Below are positions 18,352-27,253 of a stretch of 64,000 nucleotides of DNA, piece after piece. Below the pieces are notes generated by a model. The model was given only the letters and a program-made list of their open reading frames with translations, made no database searches and had not been told where the DNA came from. Position 1 is the stretch's first letter; the number at the start of each line of letters is the position of its first letter. The stretch is from a virus. The DNA lies in IMG/VR virus record IMGVR_UViG_3300025327_000717, positions 1 through 64,000 of that record. One strand, 5' to 3'. The translations under genes and the position numbers were made by a program.

Positions 18352-18530
18352 CAGAGGCTCCAGCCCAAAGCCTCGGCGACCTGCCAACCGAACAAGAACG
18401 CGAGCATCAAGATGAACCAGTGATACCAGAGCCGTAGGGTATCCAGTTGGCTCATGATCTCCTCACGAGTCGTCCTGTCCACCATGAGGATCCTCGTATC
18501 CCTGCCTCGTTCTTCCATCTCTAGCGTCAT
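18351..18530 (-). CDS. small membrane protein (59 aa)
   Basis: SD AAAGGAG; hydrophobic C-terminus LWYHWFILMLAFLFGW. Confidence 0.6.
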   Translation of the reverse strand: MTLEMEERGRDTRILMVDRTTREEIMSQLDTLRLWYHWFILMLAFLFGWQVAEALGWSL

Positions 18531-18555
18531 GACTGCTCCTTTCGTGTGGTTCTAA

Positions 18556-18599
18556 ACTATACCGCAACGTGTCACCATCGTGCCACTTGCGTGGCACGA
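18556..18599 (-). promoter_or_regulatory. putative leftward promoter with GTGACAC site and inverted repeat
   Basis: minus strand GTGACAC-N7-TATAGT; tcgtgccac-ttgc-gtggcacga. Confidence 0.6.
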
Positions 18600-18888
18600 C
18601 ATGGAGTGCTAGGATGCCACTCGTGGACGCCAAGCTAGCGTTCACAGGAAGATGACGGAAACGGGGGGTCCACGCCCCTCAACGTATCCTCGGGTGCAGA
18701 GTAACGTGCCACGTCACAGGGCCGACCGGTGAGTGACGAGGCCGGAAGCCCAGCCAGGGCCGAAACACCAGGTGGCAACCAACGAGGAGTCGAGTCGCAC
18801 TCTTGAACGTAGTGATTACGTCTCGTGCGGGTATACGAGAGCCCCGCCTTCCGCAAGATGACCCCGGGATGACCGGGGTCTTCCTGTG

Positions 18889-19518
18889 TCAGGCGTCGAC
18901 TGGCAGTGGCATCGGATGCAGCATCGACTGCGGCACGATCCACTTCTCAAGATCGCCATCCCTTTTGTAGAGATGACGCAGCTTGCCGTGCTCGACGCGG
19001 ATCCAGCCACGTAAGACGAAGGGATCGATACCGGTCACGAGCAAGGCGACACGCTCATCGGGATCGTTGTCATAGAGGACGAGAGGTCCGGTGTGGTCCT
19101 TCGTGTTGCGGACCTCGACGTTCTTGCCGATGTCTGCTCTCTTGCGGCTGCGTCGGTAGCTGGACCGTAGGTAACCTTTGTTGTGCGGCAGGCCTGTCAG
19201 GCGCGATGCCACGAGTTCAGCGACGATGCCACGGGCTTTGGCTGCGAGCTCGCCCTCGCGTGGGATGTACTTGGACTTCCAGCCATGCTCGGTGTTGTCT
19301 TTGATGATCTTCACGGCACGTCGGAGAGCCTCCTCAGACTCTCTCGACTCGGCTCGAGTCGACCAACATCCATAGGCGTAGTCATCGTCGATGACATCGT
19401 GATGACAGGCATATGCCGGCTCGTTGCGGTATCGGTCGAAGTAGTGCGATGGCGGGGACCCGCAGGTATAGCAAGGACGCAGTGGGTCGAACGGCTCCCA
19501 GCCGTCTCGCCACTTCAT
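18889..19518 (-). CDS. phage hypothetical protein, possibly PD-(D/E)xK-like
   Basis: GIVAELV...ADIGKNVEVR...LRGWI. Confidence 0.6.
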   Translation of the reverse strand: MKWRDGWEPFDPLRPCYTCGSPPSHYFDRYRNEPAYACHHDVIDDDYAYGCWSTRAESRESEEALRRAVKIIKDNTEHGWKSKYIPREGELAAKARGIVAELVASRLTGLPHNKGYLRSSYRRSRKRADIGKNVEVRNTKDHTGPLVLYDNDPDERVALLVTGIDPFVLRGWIRVEHGKLRHLYKRDGDLEKWIVPQSMLHPMPLPVDA

Positions 19519-20036
19519 GCCGTCCTTCTCTTCACCAGTGGCAAGGGACTGATACCAGCAGCCTGGATGGGGCAGGTCGCGTCACGACACAGGCCCTCTG
19601 GCTCACACTCCTGACAGAACTTCGCGATGGTCTTCTTGTAGATATCCAGACGTGCATGCGCGAACACACCGAGGCTCCCACGCGTAGCTCTCTGTCGACG
19701 AGCCTCGGCCGCGAGCCGACAACGATTCCCGCAATACTTAGCGGTCATACAACTGCTGCCGTCGACGAAACCCGTTCCGCAGGTCGCGCAATCCTTGCTC
19801 CTGATGGCCACCACCATGGTCAAGATGGCATGGCACGAAAGCACCTCAGCCAAGATGCTGGCGTTCTCCAGCAACGGCAACCGAAAGCCTGTCCGCCATC
19901 GCCAGATGCGCTCTCGTTGGATACCGCTGAGTGATGCCAGGGCGACGTTGCTCAATCCGCGTTTCGTCATCTCACGGTCAAGAAGACGACTCCATCGCCG
20001 CGTCTCCTCTTTGTTGTCGCCGCTAGTCTCCCTCAT
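19515..20036 (-). CDS. XRE-type HTH regulator with zinc fingers
   Basis: GLSNVALASLSGIQRERIWRWRTGFRLP; CATCG...YCGNRC. Confidence 0.75.
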   Translation of the reverse strand: MRETSGDNKEETRRWSRLLDREMTKRGLSNVALASLSGIQRERIWRWRTGFRLPLLENASILAEVLSCHAILTMVVAIRSKDCATCGTGFVDGSSCMTAKYCGNRCRLAAEARRQRATRGSLGVFAHARLDIYKKTIAKFCQECEPEGLCRDATCPIQAAGISPLPLVKRRTA

Positions 20037-20284
20037 CCGAGACCGAAGTGGCGGCGCGATGGGATGGTCATGGGCGATCGCATCCATGGCGGAAGACGAG
20101 GCGTCGCCAATCCTTCAAGATGCAGGTCTGAGGTACCGATCTCCGGCGGTAGCGGCTCATCATCGCGCAGCCACGCGATGCACTCGTCGGCGTCCGCGAA
20201 GTGCAGCCAGCGGTGATCCCATCGATACCACGCCAGGTACGCGGCGGCGGCGATGAGGGCCAGCAGGATGGCGGCGCGGGTCAT
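20033..20284 (-). CDS. small membrane-anchored protein
   Basis: MTRAAILLALIAAAAYLAW; coupled. Confidence 0.6.
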   Translation of the reverse strand: MTRAAILLALIAAAAYLAWYRWDHRWLHFADADECIAWLRDDEPLPPEIGTSDLHLEGLATPRLPPWMRSPMTIPSRRHFGLG

Positions 20285-20553
20285 GGCACGCACCTTCGGC
20301 AGCGGCCCTTGCCCTCGACATAGGCGAACAGCTCGGCCCGTGTGATGGGACGAGCGTCCCTGGCGATGACGCTCGTGGGGGCTATCGCGCGCCACGTTCC
20401 CCAGGTCTTCAGCTCCACCTGGCCGCAGCCGCACTTGCGGACCGCGAACCAGACCAAGCTGCCCCACGCGCACTCCTGCCAGCGATGCAGGAACGGCAGC
20501 AGGCGATGGGCGAGCCTAGCGATGAGAGCCAGGAGGATGGCGGCGCGGATCAT
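20281..20553 (-). CDS. hypothetical protein
   Basis: MIRAAILLALIA; Cys motifs; coupled. Confidence 0.55.
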   Translation of the reverse strand: MIRAAILLALIARLAHRLLPFLHRWQECAWGSLVWFAVRKCGCGQVELKTWGTWRAIAPTSVIARDARPITRAELFAYVEGKGRCRRCVP

Positions 20554-20709
20554 GCCGCCACCAGCCTGTTCGTGTGATAGCACGTTCGTTCGTTGCACTC
20601 GCCATAGGTGCCGCGATGCTTGCTGACGCGGTGCCAACGCCGTCCCGCAGCTTCCAACTCCTGCTTGGCCTTCGCGATGCTGATGCCTGTCCTGGTCGGC
20701 GTCGTCGGG

Positions 20710-21030
20710 CTAGCCACGGCGCAGCGCCTCGATGTCGCTGGCGGCGAAGTCGAGCCACGTCTGCTGGTGATCGCAGCCGGCGAGGTCGTGCTCGCCAAGG
20801 TCGCTGATGCAGAAGCCCGGTCCCCAGCGGTCGTGCTGACGTACCGCCAGGCTCTCCACCGTGACCGCGGCACCCGTCTCTAGCAGCGCCTTGATGGCGC
20901 TGAGGTCGGGATCCAGCCGTTCCAAGGCAAGAGTCGCGTCGTGTAGCACTTCCCACGTCGAGGTGAGCCTGCGACGGTGATGCTCCATCGTGGCCTCCAG
21001 CACCGCCAGGGCGGCCTCGGCGGGGGTCAT
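20710..21030 (-). CDS. hypothetical protein
   Basis: ATGA-coupled. Confidence 0.6.
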   Translation of the reverse strand: MTPAEAALAVLEATMEHHRRRLTSTWEVLHDATLALERLDPDLSAIKALLETGAAVTVESLAVRQHDRWGPGFCISDLGEHDLAGCDHQQTWLDFAASDIEALRRG

Positions 21031-21380
21031 GGCTTCGTCCCCAGAGCTGCGTCGATGGCGGCGGCGACAGCGCCCTCCAGCGTCGCAGCCTTGCGCCGGA
21101 ACTCCAGTTGGTCGCCCGCATACAGCATCGCCTCGTAACCCGAGATGTTGTAACCAAGCACCCACCAGAAGTCCGACTCGATCAGCCGCTCCACCGCGGC
21201 GCCGATGGCAGCCTGTCGGGCGAGGTCGGAGGGGATGGCCTCCATGGCTCGTTCAGCACTGCAAGAGCACTCGCGAGCCTCAGCCTCGGGGTCGAGCATC
21301 GAACAGTCCGAGAAGTGACCGTGCTCGAAGTAGTACATCCAGTCGTATTCGACCTCGGCCAGCATCTCCTCGGGGGTCAT
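21027..21380 (-). CDS. hypothetical protein
   Basis: SD plus ATGA coupling. Confidence 0.7.
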   Translation of the reverse strand: MTPEEMLAEVEYDWMYYFEHGHFSDCSMLDPEAEARECSCSAERAMEAIPSDLARQAAIGAAVERLIESDFWWVLGYNISGYEAMLYAGDQLEFRRKAATLEGAVAAAIDAALGTKP

Positions 21381-21571
21381 GCTCCCTCCTTCTGGGCCTC
21401 GTGGGCGGCGAGGGCCTTACGAGCGTTAGCGATGCCGTCTGCATGCAGCGGGTTGTCGTCACAGGCACGGTGCTGCGTCCGATGCTCCAGTTCGTAGTCC
21501 CAGAGCGCCCGGTACAGCGCGTCGGCATCAGCGCGGGCAGCGTCACGCTCGGCTTGCAGCTCGGGGGTCAT
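21377..21571 (-). CDS. hypothetical protein, partial paralogue of 23972..24541
   Basis: Shares ERDAARA and AAHEAQKE. Confidence 0.65.
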   Translation of the reverse strand: MTPELQAERDAARADADALYRALWDYELEHRTQHRACDDNPLHADGIANARKALAAHEAQKEGA

Positions 21572-21795
21572 GGCACTCGCTCCACGTGGATGTTGGCTTT
21601 GTCTGACTGCCAGATATGCGTCTCGGGCTCGCCCTCCACGTCGTCCCTTGCCCGCCAGATGATGATGGCTGCCTCGATGGCGGCGAAGGGATCGAGGTGC
21701 TCGACCGTCACCACTTCGATGAACCGCCGCGGGGCGATGGACACGCCCGGGCTCAGGGCGACCATGTAGCGGTAGGACTCAGGCAACGGGCTCAT
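21568..21795 (-). CDS. hypothetical protein
   Basis: coupled. Confidence 0.6.
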   Translation of the reverse strand: MSPLPESYRYMVALSPGVSIAPRRFIEVVTVEHLDPFAAIEAAIIIWRARDDVEGEPETHIWQSDKANIHVERVP

Positions 21796-22076
21796 GGCTT
21801 CTCCAGCGCGAGGTAGGCATCCACGGCATCGTGCAGGTCATCGCCTTCGTCCTCGAGCCGCAACCGCATCCCGATACCCATCGTCGATATGGGGTCGTCC
21901 GGGTCGCTGAACATCACCAACTCGTTCTCGAGGAAGTCATCGATGCGCACTGCGGCTTCGACGAGCGCAGCCAGGACCTTGCCTCGTGAGTCCTCGAGGA
22001 TGCGCGAAGCCAGCACCGTCTGGCCCGCCTTCTCGAGGTCCCATATCACGTCAGCGAGCAGCGCGTGCAGTGTCAT
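21792..22076 (-). CDS. hypothetical protein
   Basis: coupled. Confidence 0.6.
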   Translation of the reverse strand: MTLHALLADVIWDLEKAGQTVLASRILEDSRGKVLAALVEAAVRIDDFLENELVMFSDPDDPISTMGIGMRLRLEDEGDDLHDAVDAYLALEKP

Positions 22077-22226
22077 GGACACGACGCCGTCGACACGGTC
22101 ATCGCCACGGCGGTGACCGTGAGGCAGATGATGATGACCAGAAGCAGGATCAGCCAGCGTGTCTGGTCGCTCATCGGATCACCGGTCTCGGTAGCCTGAT
22201 GTTGACCCTACCCATGTGTCATCTCC

Positions 22227-22667
22227 CTATCGACTCCCGCCTGGCCCGATACGAGCCAGGCCGCCATCTTCGACGAACTCACCGAGCGTCCTGCCGTTCG
22301 GCATGAGCAGGTAGGGCATGAACTCCTGCTCGAGGCTGGTATCCCCACCATCGATGAACTCGAGTTTGGCTTTGATGAGCAGGACGTGGGCACGCCAGCG
22401 TCGGCGCCACTCTTGCTCGGCTTTCGTCTTCCAGTCGACGTTATGCGAATAGACGTAGTCACCGGAGTCACGCTTTCGAATCTCATCAGCCGTAGGCCTC
22501 ATGATGCGGAACCGGAAGCGCTGGTCCCCGAGTTCGAACTGAAGCGTGTCGCCGACCGGCTCCGTACCCCAGGCCATGCGCTCACAGCCATGCTTGGCGA
22601 GGATGCCACTGATCTCGCCTCGGCTGCTCTCGACCGAGACCTTCGTGCCATCCGCGAACCGCTTCAT
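22227..22667 (-). CDS. phage hypothetical protein
   Basis: FADGTKVSVESSRGEI...QEWRRRWRA...IKAKLE...EFMPYLL. Confidence 0.8.
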   Translation of the reverse strand: MKRFADGTKVSVESSRGEISGILAKHGCERMAWGTEPVGDTLQFELGDQRFRFRIMRPTADEIRKRDSGDYVYSHNVDWKTKAEQEWRRRWRAHVLLIKAKLEFIDGGDTSLEQEFMPYLLMPNGRTLGEFVEDGGLARIGPGGSR

Positions 22668-22810
22668 CGACGCGTCTCCTCCTGTCGCTTCCCCGGGCAG
22701 ACCTTCGTAGCAGTCAAGTTCGTCTGTCCGCAGTCCATGCAGACCTTCCGCACACCGGTGATCCTCGTGAACGCGGTGTTACTGATCCAGACATGACGAC
22801 GCTCGATCAC
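22664..22810 (-). CDS. small zinc-ribbon protein (48 aa)
   Basis: HVW...CMDCG...CPG; coupled both sides. Confidence 0.55.
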   Translation of the reverse strand: MIERRHVWISNTAFTRITGVRKVCMDCGQTNLTATKVCPGKRQEETRR

Positions 22811-23001
22811 TTCGCTCCCTCCTTCTGGGCCTCGGTGTAGAACTCCAATAAGCCATCGCTTCGCCTCACGACGACAAAGGGGTGGCCGACTAGCCGGAAG
22901 CGGTAGGGTCGATCGTCATCCATCTTGGTCGGGTCCAACCTAGCGACGGTGCCGTACTCGTGGATGGCATCCCTGTCACGACGCAAACGAAGGAACCTCA
23001 C
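22807..23001 (-). CDS. hypothetical protein
   Basis: SD; flanked by junction repeats. Confidence 0.6.
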   Translation of the reverse strand: MRFLRLRRDRDAIHEYGTVARLDPTKMDDDRPYRFRLVGHPFVVVRRSDGLLEFYTEAQKEGAK

Positions 23002-23029
23002 TTCGCTCCTTCCCCCTAGGCCTCGGCGA

Positions 23030-23416
23030 TCACTGGAGATCGATCTCGGGGACGATCACGGACGGTTTGAAGATGACCCGGTACTGCTGCGTGCTCGCGT
23101 CGGCCGCGTCGAGCTGCTCCACGAAGTAGGTCACGTTGTCGGACAGGCCCAGGAAGTGCTTCTTGAACTGCCCTTCCGGGGTCTTGCAAGTGACCTCCAG
23201 TGAGCCACCGAGCGCCGCGTGCTCTGTCTCGACCGAGCAGCGGCCCTCGATCACCAGGAGGTACTTGTCGGTGATGCCGTTCATGAAGATGACCCGGCGC
23301 TGGATCTCGAACTGCTCCGCGGCCACGGACAGGTTCTGGGAGGCCACGTCGGCATCAGAGCTGCAAGCTGCGATCGCGAAGGCGGACAGCGCCAACGCTA
23401 CGATGGACTTCTTCAT
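23030..23416 (-). CDS. phage lipoprotein
   Basis: MKK, hydrophobic stretch, IAAC lipobox, SDADVASQNLS. Confidence 0.85.
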   Translation of the reverse strand: MKKSIVALALSAFAIAACSSDADVASQNLSVAAEQFEIQRRVIFMNGITDKYLLVIEGRCSVETEHAALGGSLEVTCKTPEGQFKKHFLGLSDNVTYFVEQLDAADASTQQYRVIFKPSVIVPEIDLQ

Positions 23417-23742
23417 CTGGACTCCTCCTTCTGTGGCTCGTAGGTCAGCATGTCTTCGACACGCTCCTGTAGTTCAGCGATGCGTCGGGCCTCGTGGACG
23501 AGAGCTGCGTATGGAGCTGCCATCCGGGCGAGGTCATCGAGTGCGGCCACAAGGCTGTGATCAGACGTAGCCGCGAGTACGGGGCCCTCTTCCATCGGCG
23601 GCGCCAGCCCGCCGTCAGCGCCGAGCAGGCGAGCCGTCCAGCACCCGCGTGGCTTCCCACTCGGGTTCCACCAGACGTCCATGCGCCAACCGCGGGCCTT
23701 CATCACAGCCGCCGTGGCCTGCCAGCGACGCGGCTCACTCAT
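23413..23742 (-). CDS. hypothetical protein
   Basis: coupled. Confidence 0.65.
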   Translation of the reverse strand: MSEPRRWQATAAVMKARGWRMDVWWNPSGKPRGCWTARLLGADGGLAPPMEEGPVLAATSDHSLVAALDDLARMAAPYAALVHEARRIAELQERVEDMLTYEPQKEESR

Positions 23743-23975
23743 ACTCCCTCCTTCTGGACGACGATGCGGTCCATCTCGCTGATGGCCCAGTCGAGTGCTG
23801 CCTGCCACGCCTTGCCCTCAGTCCCGAAGGGACGCCATCCGACATCCTTGACGTTCTCGACGGCCCGTCTCATCTGCTCGACCTCCTCGGCCAAGAGGGA
23901 CCGCGATGGTGGCCGCTTGCGCCGGGCGGGCGGGGTCCAGTCGTCCGGGGAACTGCCGACGACGTAGATGCTCAT
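23739..23975 (-). CDS. hypothetical protein
   Basis: coupled. Confidence 0.65.
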   Translation of the reverse strand: MSIYVVGSSPDDWTPPARRKRPPSRSLLAEEVEQMRRAVENVKDVGWRPFGTEGKAWQAALDWAISEMDRIVVQKEGV

Positions 23976-24541
23976 GCTTTCTCCTTCTGGGCCTCGTGGG
24001 CGGCGATGGCGGGTCCCCAATCGCAAGCGCAGAGGCCATACAGCATCCGGCCAGCCTCGTCGTACCCGACCGCAGAGCGCGACTTGCAGGCCGGGTCGTG
24101 TTGCCCAGCTTCGGCCAGCGCCTCGGCATCGGCGCGGGCAGCGTCACACTCAAGGCTGCGTTGCCGCTCGGCCCGTTGCAGTGTCTTGGTCGTCTCGATG
24201 TAAGCATCTCGGGAAGCGGTCATCCGGTCCAGCGCGGCGCGGGCAGCGTCACGCTCAGCCTCGTACTCCTGGGCCGTGTCGCCCCAGCCGTTACGTTCGG
24301 TGGTCATCGCGTCCAGCGCTATGAGGAGGGCCCGGCGATCCTGGGCGGCACGGTGATACCAACGCCAGAGATTCGCATCCTTGGGCGTCTCTGGAGGCTT
24401 ACCGGACCCATCCCAAGCCTCGATGGCCTCGATGAAGAACAACATCGGGGAGTCATCTGAAACACCGGGGTAGGCGCGAGCCCGCTCTCGGATGGCCTCG
24501 ATGTCAGCCACGCTCATGCTCTCTCCCGGCATGAGCCTCAT
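23972..24541 (-). CDS. coiled-coil hypothetical protein
   Basis: heptad-like segments; C-terminal HxxxC...CxC. Confidence 0.65.
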   Translation of the reverse strand: MRLMPGESMSVADIEAIRERARAYPGVSDDSPMLFFIEAIEAWDGSGKPPETPKDANLWRWYHRAAQDRRALLIALDAMTTERNGWGDTAQEYEAERDAARAALDRMTASRDAYIETTKTLQRAERQRSLECDAARADAEALAEAGQHDPACKSRSAVGYDEAGRMLYGLCACDWGPAIAAHEAQKEKA

Positions 24542-24543
24542 GA

Positions 24544-24777
24544 CTAGTCCACGATGGGCAGGGAGTCATAGAGATCGAACTCCTCGATGAAACGTTCATC
24601 TGGATACCACCGAGCGATGGTCTCCATGGGCACCCCGGGATGAAGCTCACGCCAGCGCTCCCGCGCCTTTTCGAAGAACGCAGCACTGTACTGCTCGGCC
24701 AGCTCACGAGTCTCGAAGAGCGCCTCGACCTGGTAGTCCGAATAGCTGCCTGACGAGACCGAGTAGACCGTCCTCAT
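24544..24777 (-). CDS. small phage hypothetical protein
   Basis: VYSVSSGSYSDYQVEALFETRELAE. Confidence 0.7.
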   Translation of the reverse strand: MRTVYSVSSGSYSDYQVEALFETRELAEQYSAAFFEKARERWRELHPGVPMETIARWYPDERFIEEFDLYDSLPIVD

Positions 24778-25106
24778 GCGATCTCCGAAGCCAACTCGGA
24801 TAGAGCGGCGAGCAAGACGGGTGTCTCGCGTCGTCGCGTCTCGGTGTGGTACTGCATGGCGTCGTTCGTGTCGATACCGGTCATGTCCACACGGGTCGGA
24901 TGACCCACTCGTTCGTGAAGCACTCCCTGGAGGATGTCGCGCATCGTGGTCTCCCAACTGGCGACGAGCGAACCGCCGCCCCAAGGCTTGGGACCAACGA
25001 TGCGAAGACCGTTGAGATAGACGCTCGGGCCCTCCACACCACTGACATGTTGGATGACGATCGGACGGTCGAGTCCATCGACCGCGAAGGCTGGGTTGTT
25101 ACTCAT
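24774..25106 (-). CDS. hypothetical protein
   Basis: GPSVYLNGLRIVGPKPWGGG. Confidence 0.7.
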   Translation of the reverse strand: MSNNPAFAVDGLDRPIVIQHVSGVEGPSVYLNGLRIVGPKPWGGGSLVASWETTMRDILQGVLHERVGHPTRVDMTGIDTNDAMQYHTETRRRETPVLLAALSELASEIA

Positions 25107-25399
25107 GCTCCTTCCTTCTGGGCCGCGAGAGCGGCGAGGGCGGTCACCGCGTCCCATCCGACGACGTAGCCGTGCTCGAAGGCACGGATGACACCGCAAG
25201 GGTAGCGACGCAGGCAGCGCCAGCAGACGCCCAGCCGCTTCCGGTGGTGCCTATGGAAGATGGCTGCACGATCGATGGTGACCATATCCGTCTCCTTCAC
25301 TAGTGATATGTCCTCTTCGAGTCGCTCGTAAGCCCGGCCCATGTCGATGCCATCGAGGAAGGCCTGATAACACGGAGCACCGGGACGATAGCCGGACAT
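25103..25399 (-). CDS. hypothetical protein
   Basis: CWRC...YPC motif. Confidence 0.6.
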   Translation of the reverse strand: MSGYRPGAPCYQAFLDGIDMGRAYERLEEDISLVKETDMVTIDRAAIFHRHHRKRLGVCWRCLRRYPCGVIRAFEHGYVVGWDAVTALAALAAQKEGA

Positions 25400-25521
25400 C
25401 TAGTCGTGACCCATCTCGAACGTGATGTCCCGATGGCCCTGCAGATATGCCATCAGGGTGATCCTCAGGATGGTCCAAGCGATCGCGAAGCCCCTTCGTC
25501 GGGGGACCTCGAAGCTCCCTT

Positions 25522-25815
25522 TCATCGCCTCATCTTGCCCTTCACCTGAGCTTCCTTGGAGAAGTCAGGCAACGGTCGCTTGGCGGTGCTCCGTCCCACC
25601 GTCGTCTTGGCGATGGCCTCCACGAGCTCCTTTCGGATGAGGGGCCTGGATGGAGCGTCCTTGACGACGGGGATGAGCGGGCCCATCGTCCCGCCTTCCG
25701 CGATGGCCATGAGCTCGGCTGTCGCTTCAGGGAACCAGATGCCCTCTCCGACCAGGACCGGCTCATCGAGTCTCTGGAAGCGCTTCTGGAACTCTCTAGC
25801 CGTGACCCTACGCAT
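25522..25815 (-). CDS. Phd/YefM-like DNA-binding protein, first gene of the leftward unit
   Basis: MRRVTAREFQKRFQRLDEPVLV; SD GGAGG. Confidence 0.55.
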   Translation of the reverse strand: MRRVTAREFQKRFQRLDEPVLVGEGIWFPEATAELMAIAEGGTMGPLIPVVKDAPSRPLIRKELVEAIAKTTVGRSTAKRPLPDFSKEAQVKGKMRR

Positions 25816-25825
25816 GGGCACCTCC

Positions 25826-26100
25826 GTAAGTACGATGTAGATACACCTGTGGGCAGGATATCATGGCGTACCTACGATGTCCATACGATGACCGTACGTC
25901 GTCTATACGCTGAGCACGTGTGTCCTCGCGATGTATATACATCGTAGGGCAGCTTGCTATGTGGATGCGAGGGGAGAACGGGTGTGCGGCGGGTGTCTCT
26001 GCACATCACTCGAGCATCCCCAAGCACGCTTGGTTTGGGACCCACCCCCGGCGGCCTATAGTCTTCTCAGCGGGGCGAACCCTGCCCCGGACAGCATCAG
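25826..26100. promoter_or_regulatory. divergent control region with operator-like repeats
   Basis: TACGATG at 25831, 25873, 25884; perfect palindrome CGATGTATATACATCG at 25929-25944. Confidence 0.7.
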
Positions 26101-26109
26101 GAGGGCATC

Positions 26110-26355
26110 ATGCCCACGCTCACACAAGCGCAGTACGACGCGCTGATAGCGCTCATCGACGCGCCCACGTCACGCCCACACAAGGCCAAGGCCAAGTCCA
26201 CGGTGCGCACGTTCCGCACGCTCGTCGAGCGTGAGGCCGGCCAAGGCTTCCCATGCACGGCACCCGAGCCATGCACGCGTACGGATCTGCGCACGGCATC
26301 GGGCGCAGGCTCGCATGAGCAGAGCACCGAGCACGGTTGGCACATCGCCAAGTAG
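26110..26355 (+). CDS. hypothetical early protein
   Basis: SD AGGAGG; followed by a hairpin. Confidence 0.7.
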   Translation: MPTLTQAQYDALIALIDAPTSRPHKAKAKSTVRTFRTLVEREAGQGFPCTAPEPCTRTDLRTASGAGSHEQSTEHGWHIAK

Positions 26356-26425
26356 CCCACGCACGAGAGAGCCGGCCTACGGGTCGGCTCTCGTCATGTC
26401 TGCCCGAAGCACACAAGGAGCCACC

Positions 26426-26686
26426 ATGTCACTGCAGCTAGCCCGCGACACATACGCACGTTCGGTCGTTCGTGATGGAGGCGCGATGGAAGCACGCTCA
26501 CAGCGACCCCTCATCGCCGTGTCTGCCCCGGTCACGGCGCACACACACAACACAGCCACAGGCTTCGTCCGCGTCCCGCACGTCGGTGCATGGCCCACCA
26601 CCACCGGTTGTCTCTGCGACTGTCACGGTGACCCTTCCTCTCCATGTGATGTCGCATCGTGTATCGACCTTCCGTTGACGTTCTAG
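26426..26686 (+). CDS. hypothetical protein with CxCxCH motif
   Basis: SD AAGGAG; followed by a hairpin. Confidence 0.6.
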   Translation: MSLQLARDTYARSVVRDGGAMEARSQRPLIAVSAPVTAHTHNTATGFVRVPHVGAWPTTTGCLCDCHGDPSSPCDVASCIDLPLTF

Positions 26687-27019
26687 GACGACAGGGAGGC
26701 GGCGAGAGCCTGCCTCCCTTCTCCGTGCGTGGGCATGTGCCAGGGTCCGAGGGCACACTCGGAGTACATGCTCACGCATGGACGACGTTCGTCCGCCGTG
26801 CGCGCCTCGTTCATCGATGCCGCACGTGTCATGTATCCCATAGCAGGGGAGAGCACAGCATGAGGCAACGCCTCGCGTGGATCATGTGGCGATGGTTGCG
26901 CCATCCGTTGATCAGCGGCTCTGATCTCAAGGCCCGCACCACGCCCAGGTAGGGCGCGTGCAGGCTCGTACCGTACTGGCAGCAGCCGCTCGTTGGCGGC
27001 CTAGCATGAGGAGTGTCTG

Positions 27020-27253
27020 ATGACACACATCGGGAACGGCGTGGGCCGCATCCAGCTCATCCGCGCGGATGGTTCGTTGCGGGCCATCGAGGATGAGCTG
27101 GCATCGTTGGGCTACGACGGTATCGACTTCGAGCCGCTCGGGCGCGAGGTACGAGCCACCTCGTACAACGCTCGTGGGCAGAAGGTCGAAGCGCTCGGCC
27201 GTAACGAAGTGCTCGCGGCACAGTCGCTCGTGCGCGTGCTCCGTCGGCCATGA
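27020..27253 (+). CDS. hypothetical protein
   Basis: SD GAGGAG. Confidence 0.7.
   Translation: MTHIGNGVGRIQLIRADGSLRAIEDELASLGYDGIDFEPLGREVRATSYNARGQKVEALGRNEVLAAQSLVRVLRRP

Larger units (their letters stand above)
21377..25141 (-). repeat. dispersed gene-junction repeat, consensus GCCGCCCACGAGGCCCAGAAGGAGGGAGCATGA
   Basis: Copies ending at 21377, 22807, 22998, 23413, 23739, 23972, 25103. Confidence 0.85.
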
